Assembly (NCBI GenBank): GCA_964016885.1
Contig: OZ024759.1
Location: 7,068,001-7,132,000 of the forward strand
DNA: 64,000 bases
Direction of reading: 5' to 3'
Origin: Eledone cirrhosa
Lineage: Eukaryota
This document shows, one piece after another, positions 1 through 11,816 of this stretch. The position numbers and the translations under genes are program-made. Each line of letters opens with the position of its first letter. Within the stretch, counting starts at the first letter, position 1. Under the pieces are notes generated by a model. The model was not told the origin of the DNA, ran no database searches, and was given only the letters and a program-made list of their open reading frames with translations.

Positions 1-199
1 TCAACCACCACCGTCAACCACCACCGTCACCTACCACCGTCAACCACCACCGTCAACCACCACCGTCAACCACCACCGTCAACCACCACCGTCAACCACC
101 ACCGTCAACCACCACCGTCAACCACCACCGTCAACCACCACCGTCAACCACCACCGTCACCTACCACCGTCAACCACCACCGTCAACCACCACCACCAC
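1..199. repeat. 13-bp minisatellite (TCAACCACCACCG)n
   Basis: Direct tandem repeats visible from the window start, ending just before the first exon acceptor. Confidence 0.9.
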
Positions 200-229
200 T
201 GTCATCTTGCAATGCCGACATCAACGCAG

Positions 230-563
230 GTACGTTGACCAACAACGGCAACCGCCGTGACAAAAAAAGAGAGTTGATTCTACTTGCCAAGACGTATGAT
301 GAGAATATGAGTTTTTACAGCGACCAGAACAGAAAACTGTGTGGTGTGCCGCAGCAATGTGATAAACTAGCTGAAGGCGAGGATGAAGAGTATATGGACA
401 GTAACCAAATGAGATCTTTTAACGGTTATGTTTACGGCAACGGCCCACCATTTGTTCTGCGAGCACACGAGTCTGTTGTCTGGTATGTGTTAGGGATGGG
501 CAACGAAGCTGGCATCCACGGGGTCCAGTTTGCTGGACAGCAGTTGATAGTTGACGGACAACC
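230..563 (+). CDS. Ceruloplasmin/hephaestin-like multicopper oxidase, internal exon A (cupredoxin domain 2)
   Basis: AG at 228-229, GTAAGT at 564. Encodes GTL...KRELILLAKTYDENMSFY...SNQMRSFNGYVYGN...WYVLGMGNEAGIHGVQFAGQ, matching ceruloplasmin even-domain motifs (FDEN-SWY, NG-x-G, GNE-x-DVH). Phase 1 in, phase 2 out. Confidence 0.9.
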
Positions 564-605
564 GTAAGTTGACCTTGTTCTTAACATTATTATTACTAAC
601 ATTGC

Positions 606-831
606 GGTGGATTGGCAGTATCGGTAGAGGGTCGGACGCCATGCTAGGGTGGTGGAGTGGCAGTATCGGTAGAGGGTCGGACGCCATGCTTTCCAGCATA
701 ATTACGTCCCTTTACGATCTGAGTTCAAATCCCGCCGAGGTTGACTTTGCCTTTCATCCTTACGGGGTCGATAAAATAAAGTACCAGTAATGCACTGGGT
801 GATTGCTGGCCTTGTGCCTAAAGTAGAAACA
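606..831 (+). mobile_element. tRNA-derived SINE (family 1) with duplicated 5' head
   Basis: A-box-like TGGCAGTATCGG, B-box GAGTTCAAATC, central GACTTTGCCTTTCATCCTTACGGGGTCGATAAAATAAAGTACCAG; 17-bp TSD ATTATTACTAACATTGC at 589-605 and 832-848. Confidence 0.88.
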
Positions 832-848
832 ATTATTACTAACATTGC

Positions 849-1381
849 TGGCAGAATCGGTAGAACGTCAGACACCATGCTTTTTTAGCATGGGGTTATG
901 GCCCTTTACGTTCTGAATTCAAATCCCGCTGAAGTTAGCTTTACTTTTCATCCTTACGTGGTCAATAAAATAAAGTACCAGTCACGTACTGGGGTCAATT
1001 TAGTTGACTTTAACTTGCCCAAAATTGTTGGCTTTCTGCCTATATCAGATTGGCAGTATCGGTAGAGCATCGGACAACATACTTCGCGGCATAGAGTTAC
1101 GGCCCTTTACCGTTCATGCTTATAGGGTCGTTAAAATAAAGTACCAGTAATGCACTGGGTCAATTTAATCGACTTTCCCCTCTTCTCAAAATTGTTGTCC
1201 TTACGTCTAAATCAGAAACAATAATAATAACCAAGGCAGTGATTGGCTGAATTGGTAGAGCGTCGACAAAATGCGGGATTCAATTACGACTTTCTACATT
1301 TTCAGTTCAAATCCCGCCCAGTTTAGTTTTACGTCCTTTCTCGATTGATAAACAAAAGTACCAGTAACGTACTGGGTCAAT
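849..1381 (+). mobile_element. Three further, more diverged tandem copies of tRNA-SINE family 1
   Basis: Head (TGGCAG..TCGGTAGA) and AAAGTACCAGT motifs recur at ~849-1047, ~1048-1230 and ~1233-1381. Confidence 0.75.
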
Positions 1382-1547
1382 TCTTCCTTTATATCTCTTT
1401 CTCACTAACTCTGTATCTATCACTCACTCCTCTCTCTCTCTCTCACTCCTCTCTCTCTCTCTCTCTCTCTCACTCTTCTCTTTCTCTTCCCCTCTCTCTT
1501 TCTCCTTCGTTTTTATACTTTTCAAGAATGCCTTGCTATATTTTCAG

Positions 1548-1654
1548 AACCAGCACAATAAAAGCGATGCAGGCATCATTTACATCAGCCACGATGTGTC
1601 CCACCTATTCCGGAAGATGGTTAATTAGCTGCGCTGTGACAGAGCACTACAATG
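1548..1654 (+). CDS. Multicopper oxidase exon B (domain 2, type-1 Cu Cys/His)
   Basis: TTTTCAG acceptor, G|GTAAGC donor; PTSTIKAMQASFTSATMCPTYSGRWLISCAVTEHYN; phase 2 in matches exon A. Confidence 0.9.
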
Positions 1655-1958
1655 GTAAGCTTTTTTCAGCTATTCCCCTCATCTTTCTATGGTCAGGGAC
1701 GTCGTCAGGTTCTCAGTGGTATCTATTTACGTATATACTCCAGGAGATACACACCCTGCACTTCTGAAAATACCCTAATCCTCATAGGTTGAAAAACTTC
1801 AAGTGATTGTATAAAGTCCAGGGGCGAAATATTCACTTCTTCGTCTTCTTCTCCTTCTTCTCCTCCTTCTCCTCCTCCTCCTCCCCCTTCTTTTTCTACC
1901 CCTCCTTTTTATTCTTTTTCTTATTCTCCTCCTCTTTCTTCTACTTCTTTATGTATGC

Positions 1959-1992
<34 letters not shown>

Positions 1993-1998
1993 TTCTAG

Positions 1999-2188
1999 AT
2001 GGAATGCTTACCTTTATGGACGTGATTGCACACCAAGCCTGGCTGCCTCCTAAATCAGTACACCGTGTACATCAGAACTCCTATCATCCCATTAAAAAGA
2101 TTCACTTCTATCTGTCTGTAGAAGAACGTGCCTGGGATTACGCTCCAAGCGGCTATAACAATTTAACAAGAATCAAGTTAAGCAATGA
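1999..2188 (+). CDS. Multicopper oxidase exon C (end of domain 2, start of domain 3)
   Basis: TTTCTAG acceptor, GA|GTAAGT donor; DGMLTFMDV...IHFYLSVEERAWDYAPSG (conserved EE-x-x-WDYAP motif); completes C-x4-H-x4-M. Confidence 0.9.
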
Positions 2189-2231
2189 GTAAGTCTAATT
2201 GTTTCAGTCTCACATATATATCATTATGACC

Positions 2232-2365
2232 ACGTCACACTTTCAACTTGCAGGTCACACTCAAACTTCCTTGATCACACTAAAATCTGATAGGTCACAC
2301 TTTAATATGCTAGGTGCCACTCTTATCTGGTAGATCACACTCCAATCTAGTAGGTCACACACTTT
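2232..2365. repeat. Degenerate ~25-bp tandem repeat (AGGTCACACT core)
   Basis: GTCACAC/ATCACAC core recurs about five to six times at regular spacing. Confidence 0.55.
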
Positions 2366-2369
2366 TATG

Positions 2370-3772
2370 TGTGAAAGGGATTAGGTTGGAGGTAATTTGT
2401 CCTTAGGAAAACCGGATTATAGACTGAGAGTGGATGGTGAAGCGCGGTGAGCGGAAATGTAGAGTGCATGGAGATACCCAGGGTAGGACTTTGCCAACGT
2501 ATATTATCTCGCTAAATAGCTAGTGGCGAGTTACTTGGGTTATAACTAAAGAAGTGAGACAGAAGGGTGAACCACTGCAAGTTAAGGCATGGGGCCCACC
2601 ACTAAGTATGTGCGGCTCTGGTGTGTCTTTAAATGCTAATCAAGACAAGAAGAGAAGAGAGGAGAGAGGTAGGTTCAGTGGGCGGGGTTGGTGTCTCTGG
2701 GACTCAGTGCGGTAGGGTTGCTATCCATATAGCTTGAGGAAAGTTCCCTTCCTTAGGTGTCGACATGCACCAAAGAAATATGCCCTGTCATTGATTATAT
2801 TTATTCCACCACTAAGTATCTCGAGGGTCTCACTCAGACAGAGGTTGTAAATGCTGGATCCGCCTCCATCTGGAGGTACCTCCCTAACCTTGGACCAAAC
2901 TAAAGAGTACGGGGTCTTGTCCAGCTTGAGCTTCCCGATCAGTTCGGAAAGGGCCGTACTTTTCCTTTTGTCGATCCTATTAAAGGAGTGACGGTGATTA
3001 TACCACCTGTCCTTGAAACTCATTGATGTTGCTCCTATGTATATATGTTCCGAGTTGGGGGTTGTAACTCTGCATTGGTAGACTAGGTCCTTCACCAGAC
3101 ATTTATTTCTAAGGGGGTATAAGACGTGGTTTCTGCAGTTGCATGAAGTGGTTAATCCCTGCATGTTTACTGTGGGGTGCCCATTGGGTAGGTTGGAGCG
3201 GGCCATCCCTGTGACTTGTACTGCATAGGTTGGTGTTACTCGGGTCAGTCCCGGATCTACTGTTTACCCTGTCATGGCTCTACTGGGTGTCTATAGGATC
3301 AACTGCTGACTATCTAAATGTCCTAAATCCATTCCTATTCATACTAATTATGTGCTGGGCTATGTTGTGCATGGGGGAGTACGAGAGCTTCACCATGTGT
3401 TTTAAGTCCTCCTATGCTAGTAGGGGAGGTCTTAAAAGGCACATGAGAACACACAGCCAGAACAAAGCAATGGGAAAACCTGGAAGAGCCTACAGTTACC
3501 ATATATGTGCCAGAGGATGCAAGTCTTTGGCTGGTTTAAAGAGTCACATACGTGCCTCACATTTTGAGCATTTGATCAGGCAATAGCAATGCTCAGACAC
3601 AAGTTTGCAGTGAGCAAAGAAGGTTGGCAAAATACCAGGTGGACCATAATGCACCAGAGTACTCGATACTTAGTGTAGTAGCGTGGGTAATAGGAAACAC
3701 CGTTTCGACAGCTAGATCTAAACTAAGCCAGCTGCTCAAGAGCTCAGACGTCGGGGTCCTGACTCTTTTCCT
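2370..3772 (-). mobile_element. Penelope-like retroelement remnant (GIY-YIG endonuclease, degraded)
   Basis: ORF 2721-3206: CNC...KC...LVYQC...YIGAT...FKDRWYNH..SF...STALS...NLCLSE; upstream minus-strand VKLSYSPMHNIAQHII motif (~3340-3395); pyrimidine-rich 3' region on the minus strand. Confidence 0.85.
3408..3622 (+). mobile_element. LINE 3' fragment (RTE-type C-terminal C2H2-like motif) nested in the Penelope remnant
   Basis: SYASRGGLKRHMRTH and [20 protein letters not shown], then a short UTR ending AAAGAAG. Confidence 0.55.
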
Positions 3773-3773
3773 A

Positions 3774-4140
3774 TCATCATCATCAACATCATCATCATTT
3801 TACGTCCGCTTTTTTCCTGCTTGCAAGGGTGAGATGGGAACTGATTCTGGCTTGATTTCTACAGCTGGATGCACTTCCTAACACCAACCTCATTTACAGT
3901 GAGTGCTGGGTGCTTTTTTCCGTGGCACCTCCACGACCACTTTACAGTGTGGGCTGGGTGCTTTTTTTGCCGTGGCACCTCCACGACCACTTTGCAGTGG
4001 AATGATAGGGACCCCAGTTCCTATCATCTCATTTCTACAGCTGAGTAAACTGGAGCAATGTGAAATAAAGCGTCTTGCTCAAGGAAACAACACATCACCT
4101 GGTCTGAGAATTGAACTCACAACCTTTCGATTGCAAGGCA
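3774..4140 (-). mobile_element. CORE-SINE (family 2), 5'-truncated, with (TGA)n tail
   Basis: Minus strand: B-box GAGTTCAATTC, CORE-like TCCTTGAGCAAGACGCTT...CAGTTTACTCAGCTGTAGAAATGAG, two to three ~48-bp internal repeats, (TGA)n tail; near-identical to 30914-31355. Confidence 0.85.
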
Positions 4141-4199
4141 AAATGTATATATTTTATCAAATGATTCTATGGACATACTTTATTGTATATATATATATA

Positions 4200-4700
4200 C
4201 AAAAACGAAGGAGAGGCGGTGTTTCTGTGCGTAATAGCCATGGCGAAAGAGGTTGTATGGTGGACGCGTCTGAAAGGACCGAGGTCAGACACCTTTCTCT
4301 CTGGCCAACAACTGGTCCGTTTCTTCCGATATCATTTCGGAAGAAGGATCAGGATGGAGAGAGAGGTGCTGCACCCCAGCCGTTTCTATGAAAGATGGGT
4401 GAAAGTGGCGAGAATGGCCCGTGTGAATGGGCCTTCACTCTACATCAGACTATAGGTGAGGAAGATGAAAGACCAAGGGAGCACCCCTTCTCTGTGCTCC
4501 TGAGGAGAAGGGTTGCACACTTTTTTCGGGGGTGTGTGCGACCCCCCCAAGGCGCCTCCTCTCTATTGAGGACTTTGTTATAAATTTTATTTTTTGTTAT
4601 ATTTTATTTTATTTTTATATATTGTTATTGCCTCCTCCTTATTGAGGACGCCTTGTTTTGTACTTGTCCCACTTTTGATGCCCTGGTGGCAAATAAAAGA

Positions 4701-4703
<3 letters not shown>
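4200..4703 (+). mobile_element. 5'-truncated L1/Tx1-like LINE 3' end inserted in (TA)n
   Basis: ORF end AMAKEVVWWTR (AK-x-x-I/V-W-x-x-R motif of L1/Tx1 C-termini), T-rich UTR, AATAAA, (TA)n on both sides; second near-identical copy at 12319-12798. Confidence 0.7.
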
Positions 4704-4732
<29 letters not shown>

Positions 4733-4735
<3 letters not shown>

Positions 4736-5228
4736 GCAGAAGTTATATTTAGTTTGTTGGGATTCAACAAGCTTAAAAGTTTTATAACTGATATAAAACA
4801 CTCAACAGATTACTGGAGTAAATATTCAATATATTAATAAATGGAAACTATATTTATAAAACCATAATTATTTTATTATATATATTTCAAGGGCAACCAA
4901 GGCAGTTTTGGTGCGCTTTCATCAGATAAAACACAAGATTTGTTTTATAAATATTGACATACCCGTAGAAAAACAACCTTGACGGTTGAAGGTTCGCTGG
5001 ATAATAGAAACATTTTTATTGAGGGTAATTCAAAGTTCTGTGTGAGTATGCAAATGAATGTTCGAAAAAATTCAAAAACAACCGTTTATTTAAATTATAC
5101 TGTTGGAAGAAAAAAGAGAGAAAAAGAGAAAGAAAAAAGAGAGAAAAAGAAAGAGAGAAAAAAGAAAATATATGCAGAGTTAGAGTGAAAAAAGTGAAGG
5201 AAGAAAGAGCAAAGTGACCCGTTGCAAA

Positions 5229-5230
<2 letters not shown>
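4733..5230 (-). mobile_element. Non-coding Penelope-like (pLTR) element containing a hammerhead
   Basis: Shares CACTCAACAG...ACTGGAGTA...TATTTTATTAT with 10487-10690 and 36252-36410; lies between microsatellite tracts; boundaries approximate. Confidence 0.6.
4869..4933 (-). ncRNA. Type I hammerhead ribozyme motif
   Basis: Minus-strand RNA: UGUUUUAU CUGAUGA [AAGCGCACCAA...UUGGUUGCCCUU stem II] GAA AUAUAUAU A AUAAAAUA; stem I 8 bp, palindromic stem III, AUA cleavage triplet. Confidence 0.75.
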
Positions 5231-5296
<66 letters not shown>

Positions 5297-5315
5297 TTTG
5301 CAACGGGTCACTTTG
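5210..5315. repeat. Inverted repeat CAAAGTGACCCGTTGCAAAA-(CA)n(TA)n(TG)n-TTTTGCAACGGGTCACTTTG
   Basis: Unique 20-bp arms are exact reverse complements. Confidence 0.9.
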
Positions 5316-5658
5316 TGGCTCAATGAAGAGTTAATAAATTAAATAATATCCGATACCATTGGACACCTAGAGCACCGGACTCTTCAGGAAGTTAGCTCAA
5401 ATTTAGACAATAAATTTTCCAAAGTGATCGCGCCAAGAATACATTCAAAAATGGCTAACAATCGTGACGTATAGCTCTTTTCGGGTGAAAAGAGCTATAA
5501 ATACAACATTTATTTTTGGAAAGCCAGATTCCTGATGTTTTCTAAAGAATGAAACAGTTCTAGTCCTGTAGAATCTCATCTATATTAAAACTTTTATACT
5601 CTGCTATGTATTGAGTACCTTACTTACTGTGGTTACCTCCGATTCAACCCGGAATAAC

Positions 5659-5714
<56 letters not shown>

Positions 5715-5989
5715 ATGCTGAGGTTACATAGATCGTTTAATCTTTATAATTATTTCCCTGGTTCTCACTACAATCGAGAAGTCCTTCATGCATTTGTTGT
5801 GTTGTGAGAACGGTATCCTCAGATGATATCCGATATGCTTTATATGCCGCCGGCAGGAAAAAGCACACGTCCCACTGCTTGTGTGCCCTTCATGTGGTTT
5901 TCTGCTAGCTAGCATATGCAGTGTGCATATTGGTATACACAAATACATATGCTTATACATATATGTAAATTGAAAAATAAATTGACAAT

Positions 5990-6650
5990 ATCTTCTTCTT
6001 CGCCCACTTATTTCTGAGAGGGTCGTGGGGACAGAGTCCTTCTCAAACACTCCTTCCAGCGAGTTTGTCAGTAGCAAACATCTCTAACTGATCCAGCTGG
6101 ATCCCAAAGTGTGACCAGCCAAGGCCATGGATGTTATCCAACTATCTTGCTCAGGGTCTACCTCTGGGTCTCTTGCCGGTTGGTTTTACCTGTAAAATAT
6201 GTCCAGTGATTCTTTACTGAGACATTCTAACCACATGCTCATAATATCGGAGTTGTGATCTCTCAATTCGGAGAAGTAGCGGCTCTACCAGGAGTGACTC
6301 TCTGGTCTCTGAGTTATGCACTTTATCGAGTAACGTTACTCCAAAGACCCTTCGGAGGAATCCCATTTCTGCCGCTTTTATTTGCAATTGTATTCTTTTG
6401 GTCATTACTCAAGATTCATGATCTGGCAGGAATACCAGCAAGACAGCGACTTTACACTTATCCCCTTCTTCCGATTGCTGAATGCTGAGGCTGGCGCATT
6501 ACTGCATCAGCTTTTGCAATTCTTGCACTTCAGCCTCCTGCATTCCATCACTCATGAACACGGCTCCAAGATACTTGAACCTCTCTAACTGCTTCAGTAG
6601 AACTCCATTCACATGTATATAAATTTGAGGAACTTCTGTCCACCCGTCCA
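5990..6650 (-). mobile_element. RTE-clade LINE reverse-transcriptase/thumb fragment (degraded)
   Basis: IHVNGVLLKQLERFKYLG and AAEMGFLRRVFGVTLLDKVHNSETRESL...IERSQLRYYEHVVRM; (AAG)n tail at ~5990. Confidence 0.85.
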
Positions 6651-6817
6651 TTATACAATGTGTTTGTGTGTTTGTGTGAATGTATGTGTGTGTAAAAGGA
6701 AGGAAAGGGATACACACATATATATGTCTAACTTAAAAATAGTGACACACACACGTCTCTAATTTAAGGACGCCGACAAACTCGCGCGTGCACACATACA
6801 CACACTGTCCTATTACC

Positions 6818-7490
6818 ACTCAAGAGCTTTGGCCCGGGCAAACATCCCCTCAATTTTGGAACCGCCTGACTTGACGGCCTTACTCACAGTTAGTGACTCT
6901 TTTGCTTCTTCCCACATCCTGGATGCAGCGGTGAGGGCGAGAGCTACAGCACCCGCAGCTGAACGGAACAAAATCCTAAAATACCGTGTTCTGTCAGCTA
7001 ATTACATTATCCAGCCTGTGGCATTCGAGACGTTTGGGGGAGTCGGGCTACTGACAGCGAGGTTCTTATCTTCATTGGTGGCTTGCCAAACAGAGGTAAC
7101 TGGTGGCTCGCCAAACAGAAGTAACTGGTGATGCTCATGAGGGCACTTGGTTGTTCCAGCACCTCAGCCTCACCATCACCCTAGATAACGCTGCAAGCGT
7201 GCTGGCTTGCCTCAAAAATTATTAGAGAGGTTTCCCAGTGCTCCTCACTATATTGCTATCTTTTGCTCTGGTAGCGTCTCGTTTTACCACTCTTTCGCCT
7301 GCATTTTGTTCTGTGGCCTAAGATGTGGGTATTACCTGCTTGTGTATTTTTTCTCTTTCTTTTTTCCTTTCCCTTTCCTTTGTATATATTATATTTGTTA
7401 GTGTTTTCGTTCTGTAACCATTATAGTAATTTTTTATACAAATGGGTTTTAAAAAAAAAGAGTTAAACTGTGTTGTTAATAAATAAATAA
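6818..7490 (+). mobile_element. CRE-like (restriction-like endonuclease) LINE 3' fragment with UTR
   Basis: RALARANIPSILEP...AERNKILKY...IQPVAFETFGGVG...WLFQHLSL..DNAASVL, T-rich UTR and poly(A)/AATAAA. Confidence 0.65.
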
Positions 7491-7544
7491 AACGTTATAC
7501 TTGTTTTACCCTCCCATTTCCAATTCACCGAACGCTATCATGAC

Positions 7545-8662
7545 TGTATGTGTGTGTTTGTGTAAATGTATATGTGAATGTGTATTTGTGTGAATGTATG
7601 TATGTTTGTGTGAATGTATGTGTTTGTGTGAAAGTATGTGTTTGTGTGAAAGTATGTATGTTTGTGTGAAAGTATGTGTGAATGTATGTATATATGTGTG
7701 AATGTATGTATATATGTGTGAATGTATGTATGTTTGTGTGAAAGTATGTATATATGTGTGAATGTATGTATATATGTGTGAATGTATGTATATATGTGTG
7801 AAAGTATGTATATATGTGTGAATGTATGTATATATGTGTGAATGTATGTATGTTTGTGTGAAACTATGTATATATGTGTGAATGTATGTATATATGTGTG
7901 AATGTATGTATATATGTGTGAATGTATGTATATATGTGTGAATGTATGTATGTTTGTGTGAAAGTATGTATATATGTGTGAATGTATGTATGTTTGTGTG
8001 AAAGTATGTATATATGTGTGAATGTATGTATATATGTGTGAATGTATGTATATATGTGTGAATGTATGTATATATGTGTGAAAGTATGTATATATGTGTG
8101 AATGTATGTATATATGTGTGAATGTATGTATGTTTGTGTGAAACTATGTATATATGTGTGAATGTATGTATATATGTGTGAATGTATGTATGTTTGTGTG
8201 AAAGTATGTATATATGTGTGAATGTATGTATATATGTGTGAATGTATGTATATATGTGTGAATGTATGTATATATGTGTGAATGTATGTATATATGTGTG
8301 AAAGTATGTATATATGTGTGAATGTATGTATATATGTGTGAATGTATGTATGTTTGTGTGAAACTATGTATATATGTGTGAATGTATGTATATGTGTGTG
8401 AATGTATGTATGTTTGTGTGAATGTATGTATATATGTGTGAATGTATGTATATATGTGTGAATGTATGTATATATGTGTGAATGTATGTATATATGTGTG
8501 AATGTATGTATATATGTGTGAAAGTATGTATATATGTGTGAATGTATGTGTATATGTGTGAAAGTATGTATATATGTGTGAATGTATGTATGTATGTGTG
8601 AAAGTATGTATATATGTGTGAATGTATGTATATATATGTGAAAGTATGTGTATTTGTGTGAA
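7545..8662. repeat. 20-bp minisatellite (TGTGTGAATGTATGTATATA)n, ~55 copies
   Basis: Direct tandem array. Confidence 0.92.
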
Positions 8663-9087
8663 TTATGTCCGTGAGAGTATTTTTATAAGTTTGTGTTTGC
8701 GCGATTATAGTTATATACTCATAATAGTTATATACTCATACATATAGATGTATGTATGTGCACATACACACACATACGCGTCAGCGTGTTGAAAATCATA
8801 ATCTCTCTATCTCTCTCATCACAAACTCTCTCTTTCTCTCTCTCTATATATATATGGTAGTTGAAATGGTGGTGGTGGCGACGATATACCGGAAGTGTAA
8901 ATGCGAAATTTAGATCCGAAATTTAGTTCATAAATTATGTAATATTCATTCATTATTTATTCAAAGTTTATCAAAAGTAATCAAATAAAAGAAATTTATT
9001 CTGGAAGCAGTCCTGCACTCCTTAATTTATTATAGTTTAGATATATATATATATATTATATGTATATTATATATATAATTGTTATAA

Positions 9088-9275
9088 GGGCGGTGGATTG
9101 GCAGTATCGGTAGAGGGTCGGACGCCATGCTTTCCAGCTTAGTTACGTCCCTTTACGTCTGAGTTCAAATCCCGCCGAGGTTGACTTTTCCTTTCATCCT
9201 TACGGGGTCGATAAAATAAAGTACCAGTAATGCACTGGTTAATTGCTGGCCTTGTGCCAAAGGTAGAAACAATTA
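9088..9275 (+). mobile_element. tRNA-SINE family 1, full length
   Basis: GGGCGGTGGATTGGCAGTATCGG...GAGTTCAAATCCC...GTAGAAACAATTA. Confidence 0.9.
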
Positions 9276-9279
9276 TATA

Positions 9280-9497
<218 letters not shown>

Positions 9498-9652
9498 ATA
9501 TATGTTTGTACATCTAGCCAAACTTGTTTGCACCAACTCTCTGTCCCCAAAGAAATTAAGGTCGGGTCATAAGAAGGACAGAGAATGATAAGGGATTTGG
9601 GTCAGAAACCCATGCTTGCGTGGAAGATAGACGTTAAACGATGATGATGATG

Positions 9653-9877
9653 ACACAAACACATATATATATACAAACACACATATATATATATACATAC
9701 AGACACACATATATATACACACATATACACACCCACACATATATATATTAAGAAATCCATACAATTGCGTGTGTATCGTAACTTTCACTATTGAGACCTG
9801 TTGTAAAAAAATTAAAAAAACAAATTCACAGTGTCAAAAATTACTTTCACTTTCCTGACCGCCCGTCTTGACGTATG

Positions 9878-9879
<2 letters not shown>
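9653..9879 (-). mobile_element. Partial inverted copy of the adjacent MITE
   Basis: TTAAGAAATCCATACAATTGCGTGTG is the reverse complement of ~10071-10096; ends in TIR-like ...TTGACGTATGCC before (TA)n. Confidence 0.7.
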
Positions 9880-9945
<66 letters not shown>

Positions 9946-9947
<2 letters not shown>

Positions 9948-10158
9948 CATACGTCAAAACGGCCGGTCTGAAAAGTGAAACTAATTTTTGACAATTACGT
10001 ACACTCACTCATCTGAATAGATTTGTGTATATATAGTCCTGTATAAACTTCGAGATGACTATAATGCAGACACACGCAATTGTATGGATTTCTTAATATA
10101 TATATATGTGTGGGTGTGTATATGTGTGTATATATATGTGTGTATATATATGTGTGTT

Positions 10159-10239
<81 letters not shown>

Positions 10240-10468
10240 TTGTATATATATATGTGTGTTTGTATATATATATGTGTTTGTATATATATATATGTGTATA
10301 TGTGTACATATACACACATATATATGTTGTACATGTGTATATACATCTATAAGTTTGTGGATGTGTGTAAAAAAATATCACGTATTCACAATCCAAATTG
10401 AAAATAATGACGTACGTAACTGTCAAAAATTAGTTTCACTTTTGAGACCGGCCGTTTTGACGTATGCC
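9946..10468. mobile_element. MITE with ~57-bp terminal inverted repeats, in (TA)n
   Basis: GGCATACGTCAAAACGGCCGGTC...TTACGTAC (9946-10002) and GTACGTAAC...GGCCGTTTTGACGTATGCC (10412-10468). Confidence 0.8.
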
Positions 10469-10486
10469 ATATATATATATATGCAT

Positions 10487-11368
10487 GAGGTGAGTTTTAT
10501 TGTAGCACAATAAAGCAATGCAAATATCGGATAAGTAGCACTCAACAGTTTATTGGACTGGAGTATGTATAAGAAGAAATTAAAAGATGGTTAAAAAAGT
10601 TCCATGTATTTTATTATGTGCATTTCAAAAACAAATATCATCCAGGGACGATATTTGCGTTCTCATCAGATAAAATAGGGAGACATGATATGAAGCTTTA
10701 AAAAGACACTTGTGAGCAAGGTAGTGTCTAAACAACATATGATAAATAAATTTAAAAGGATATAGGAGATTGGAAAGGGGAAAGGAAGGGGAGAAGGGTA
10801 AGGAAGAGGAAGAAAGGAAAAAGAAAAAAGAAGGAAAGGATAACGGAGGAAGAGTATAAGAAGGAGGAAGGAGAGAGAAAGGGAGAGGAGAGAGAAAGAG
10901 AGAGATAAACATTTAAACTGAGAAACGCTGTCTCACAGAGAGATGACTGAAAAAAACGGTTGTAAAATTTATAAATAAATTAAGTAAATTAATAAGATTT
11001 TAAATTTAAAAGTTAATGAGGTTTATGGATGATGATGCTTATGATTACAGATATAGAAATTAAGTATACTATTTATTTAGGGTTTAAATAGTGAAGGATT
11101 TATTAAGATGTGCACAAATTTATTAAAAAAGTATTATTAAGATAAAATAAAGTGAAATAAGATAAGGTGAATGGAAATAAAGTTAGATGATTTATAAGCT
11201 TAGAAGACGATATAGGGTCCTAGTTTGTTTCAATAAATTGTAATAGAAAAAGTAATTATGTAAGTTAATACAAGCATGTTTGTATAAACTTAAATAATTA
11301 GTCAGGACCCCGACGGCAGAGCTCAAGCCGTTTCGACAGCTCTGCCGTCGGGGTTTTGATTTTTTCCT
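10487..11368 (-). mobile_element. Non-autonomous Penelope-like element (hairpin 5' end, pyrimidine-rich body, hammerhead near 3' end)
   Basis: Terminus resembles the end of the GIY-YIG element (3700-3772); 17-bp stem at 11307-11354; hammerhead at 10607-10677; 10487-10645 homologous to 36252-36410. Confidence 0.65.
10607..10677 (-). ncRNA. Type I hammerhead ribozyme motif with long stem II
   Basis: Minus-strand RNA: UAUUUUAU CUGAUGA GAAC-GCAAAUAUCGUCC-CU-GGAUGAUAUUUGU-UUUU GAA AUGCACAU A AUAAAAUA; perfect 8-bp stem I. Confidence 0.8.
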
Positions 11369-11450
11369 ATATATATATATATATATATAGGAAAAAATCA
11401 AAACCCCGAAAATTGTTGAAAATTGCAAACTCGACTGTCACCACATATTA

Positions 11451-11489
11451 TGAACCTGAAGATTGCGAAAGCATGAAAGTACTTGTTCA
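11451..11489 (+). ncRNA. Minimal type I hammerhead ribozyme motif
   Basis: UGAAC CUGAAGA U-UGC-GAAA-GCA-U GAA AGUACU U GUUCA; stem I 5 bp, GAAA tetraloop, palindromic AGUACU; U.U mismatch at 10.1/11.1. Confidence 0.7.
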
Positions 11490-11657
11490 ATTAACACTTG
11501 ACATTTAATATTCTACCATACTATTTCATTATAATACCATTATATATTTTAAAGGATTGTAAATAAAACGAGTAAATCAGACAAAGTTGGAATTCCTCTT
11601 ATTAATATAATCTTCTATACACAATCATACACATCCGTGTATATTTACCTATCTATA

Positions 11658-11723
<66 letters not shown>

Positions 11724-11816
11724 AATAATAATAAAATTGAAGACTAAAATCCAAAGAGGGCTAGCGATTCTCTGCTTAAACTTTAATCTGTTATTTTAAT
11801 AAATATATATATATAT

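Noticed and set aside
3230-3586. C2H2 zinc-finger host gene
   Set aside because: Chimeric ORF of antisense Penelope sequence and a LINE C-terminal fragment; no splice context or TGEKP linkers
3692-3745. Hammerhead-like fold on the minus strand (CUCUUGA, stem, GAAAC)
   Set aside because: Core has two mismatches to CUGANGA and there is no convincing stem I
5348-5395. Possible hammerhead on the minus strand (CUGAAGA plus a 9-bp GUCCGGUGC/GUAUCGGAU stem)
   Set aside because: No GAAA, stem III or stem I partner follows; at best a truncated relic
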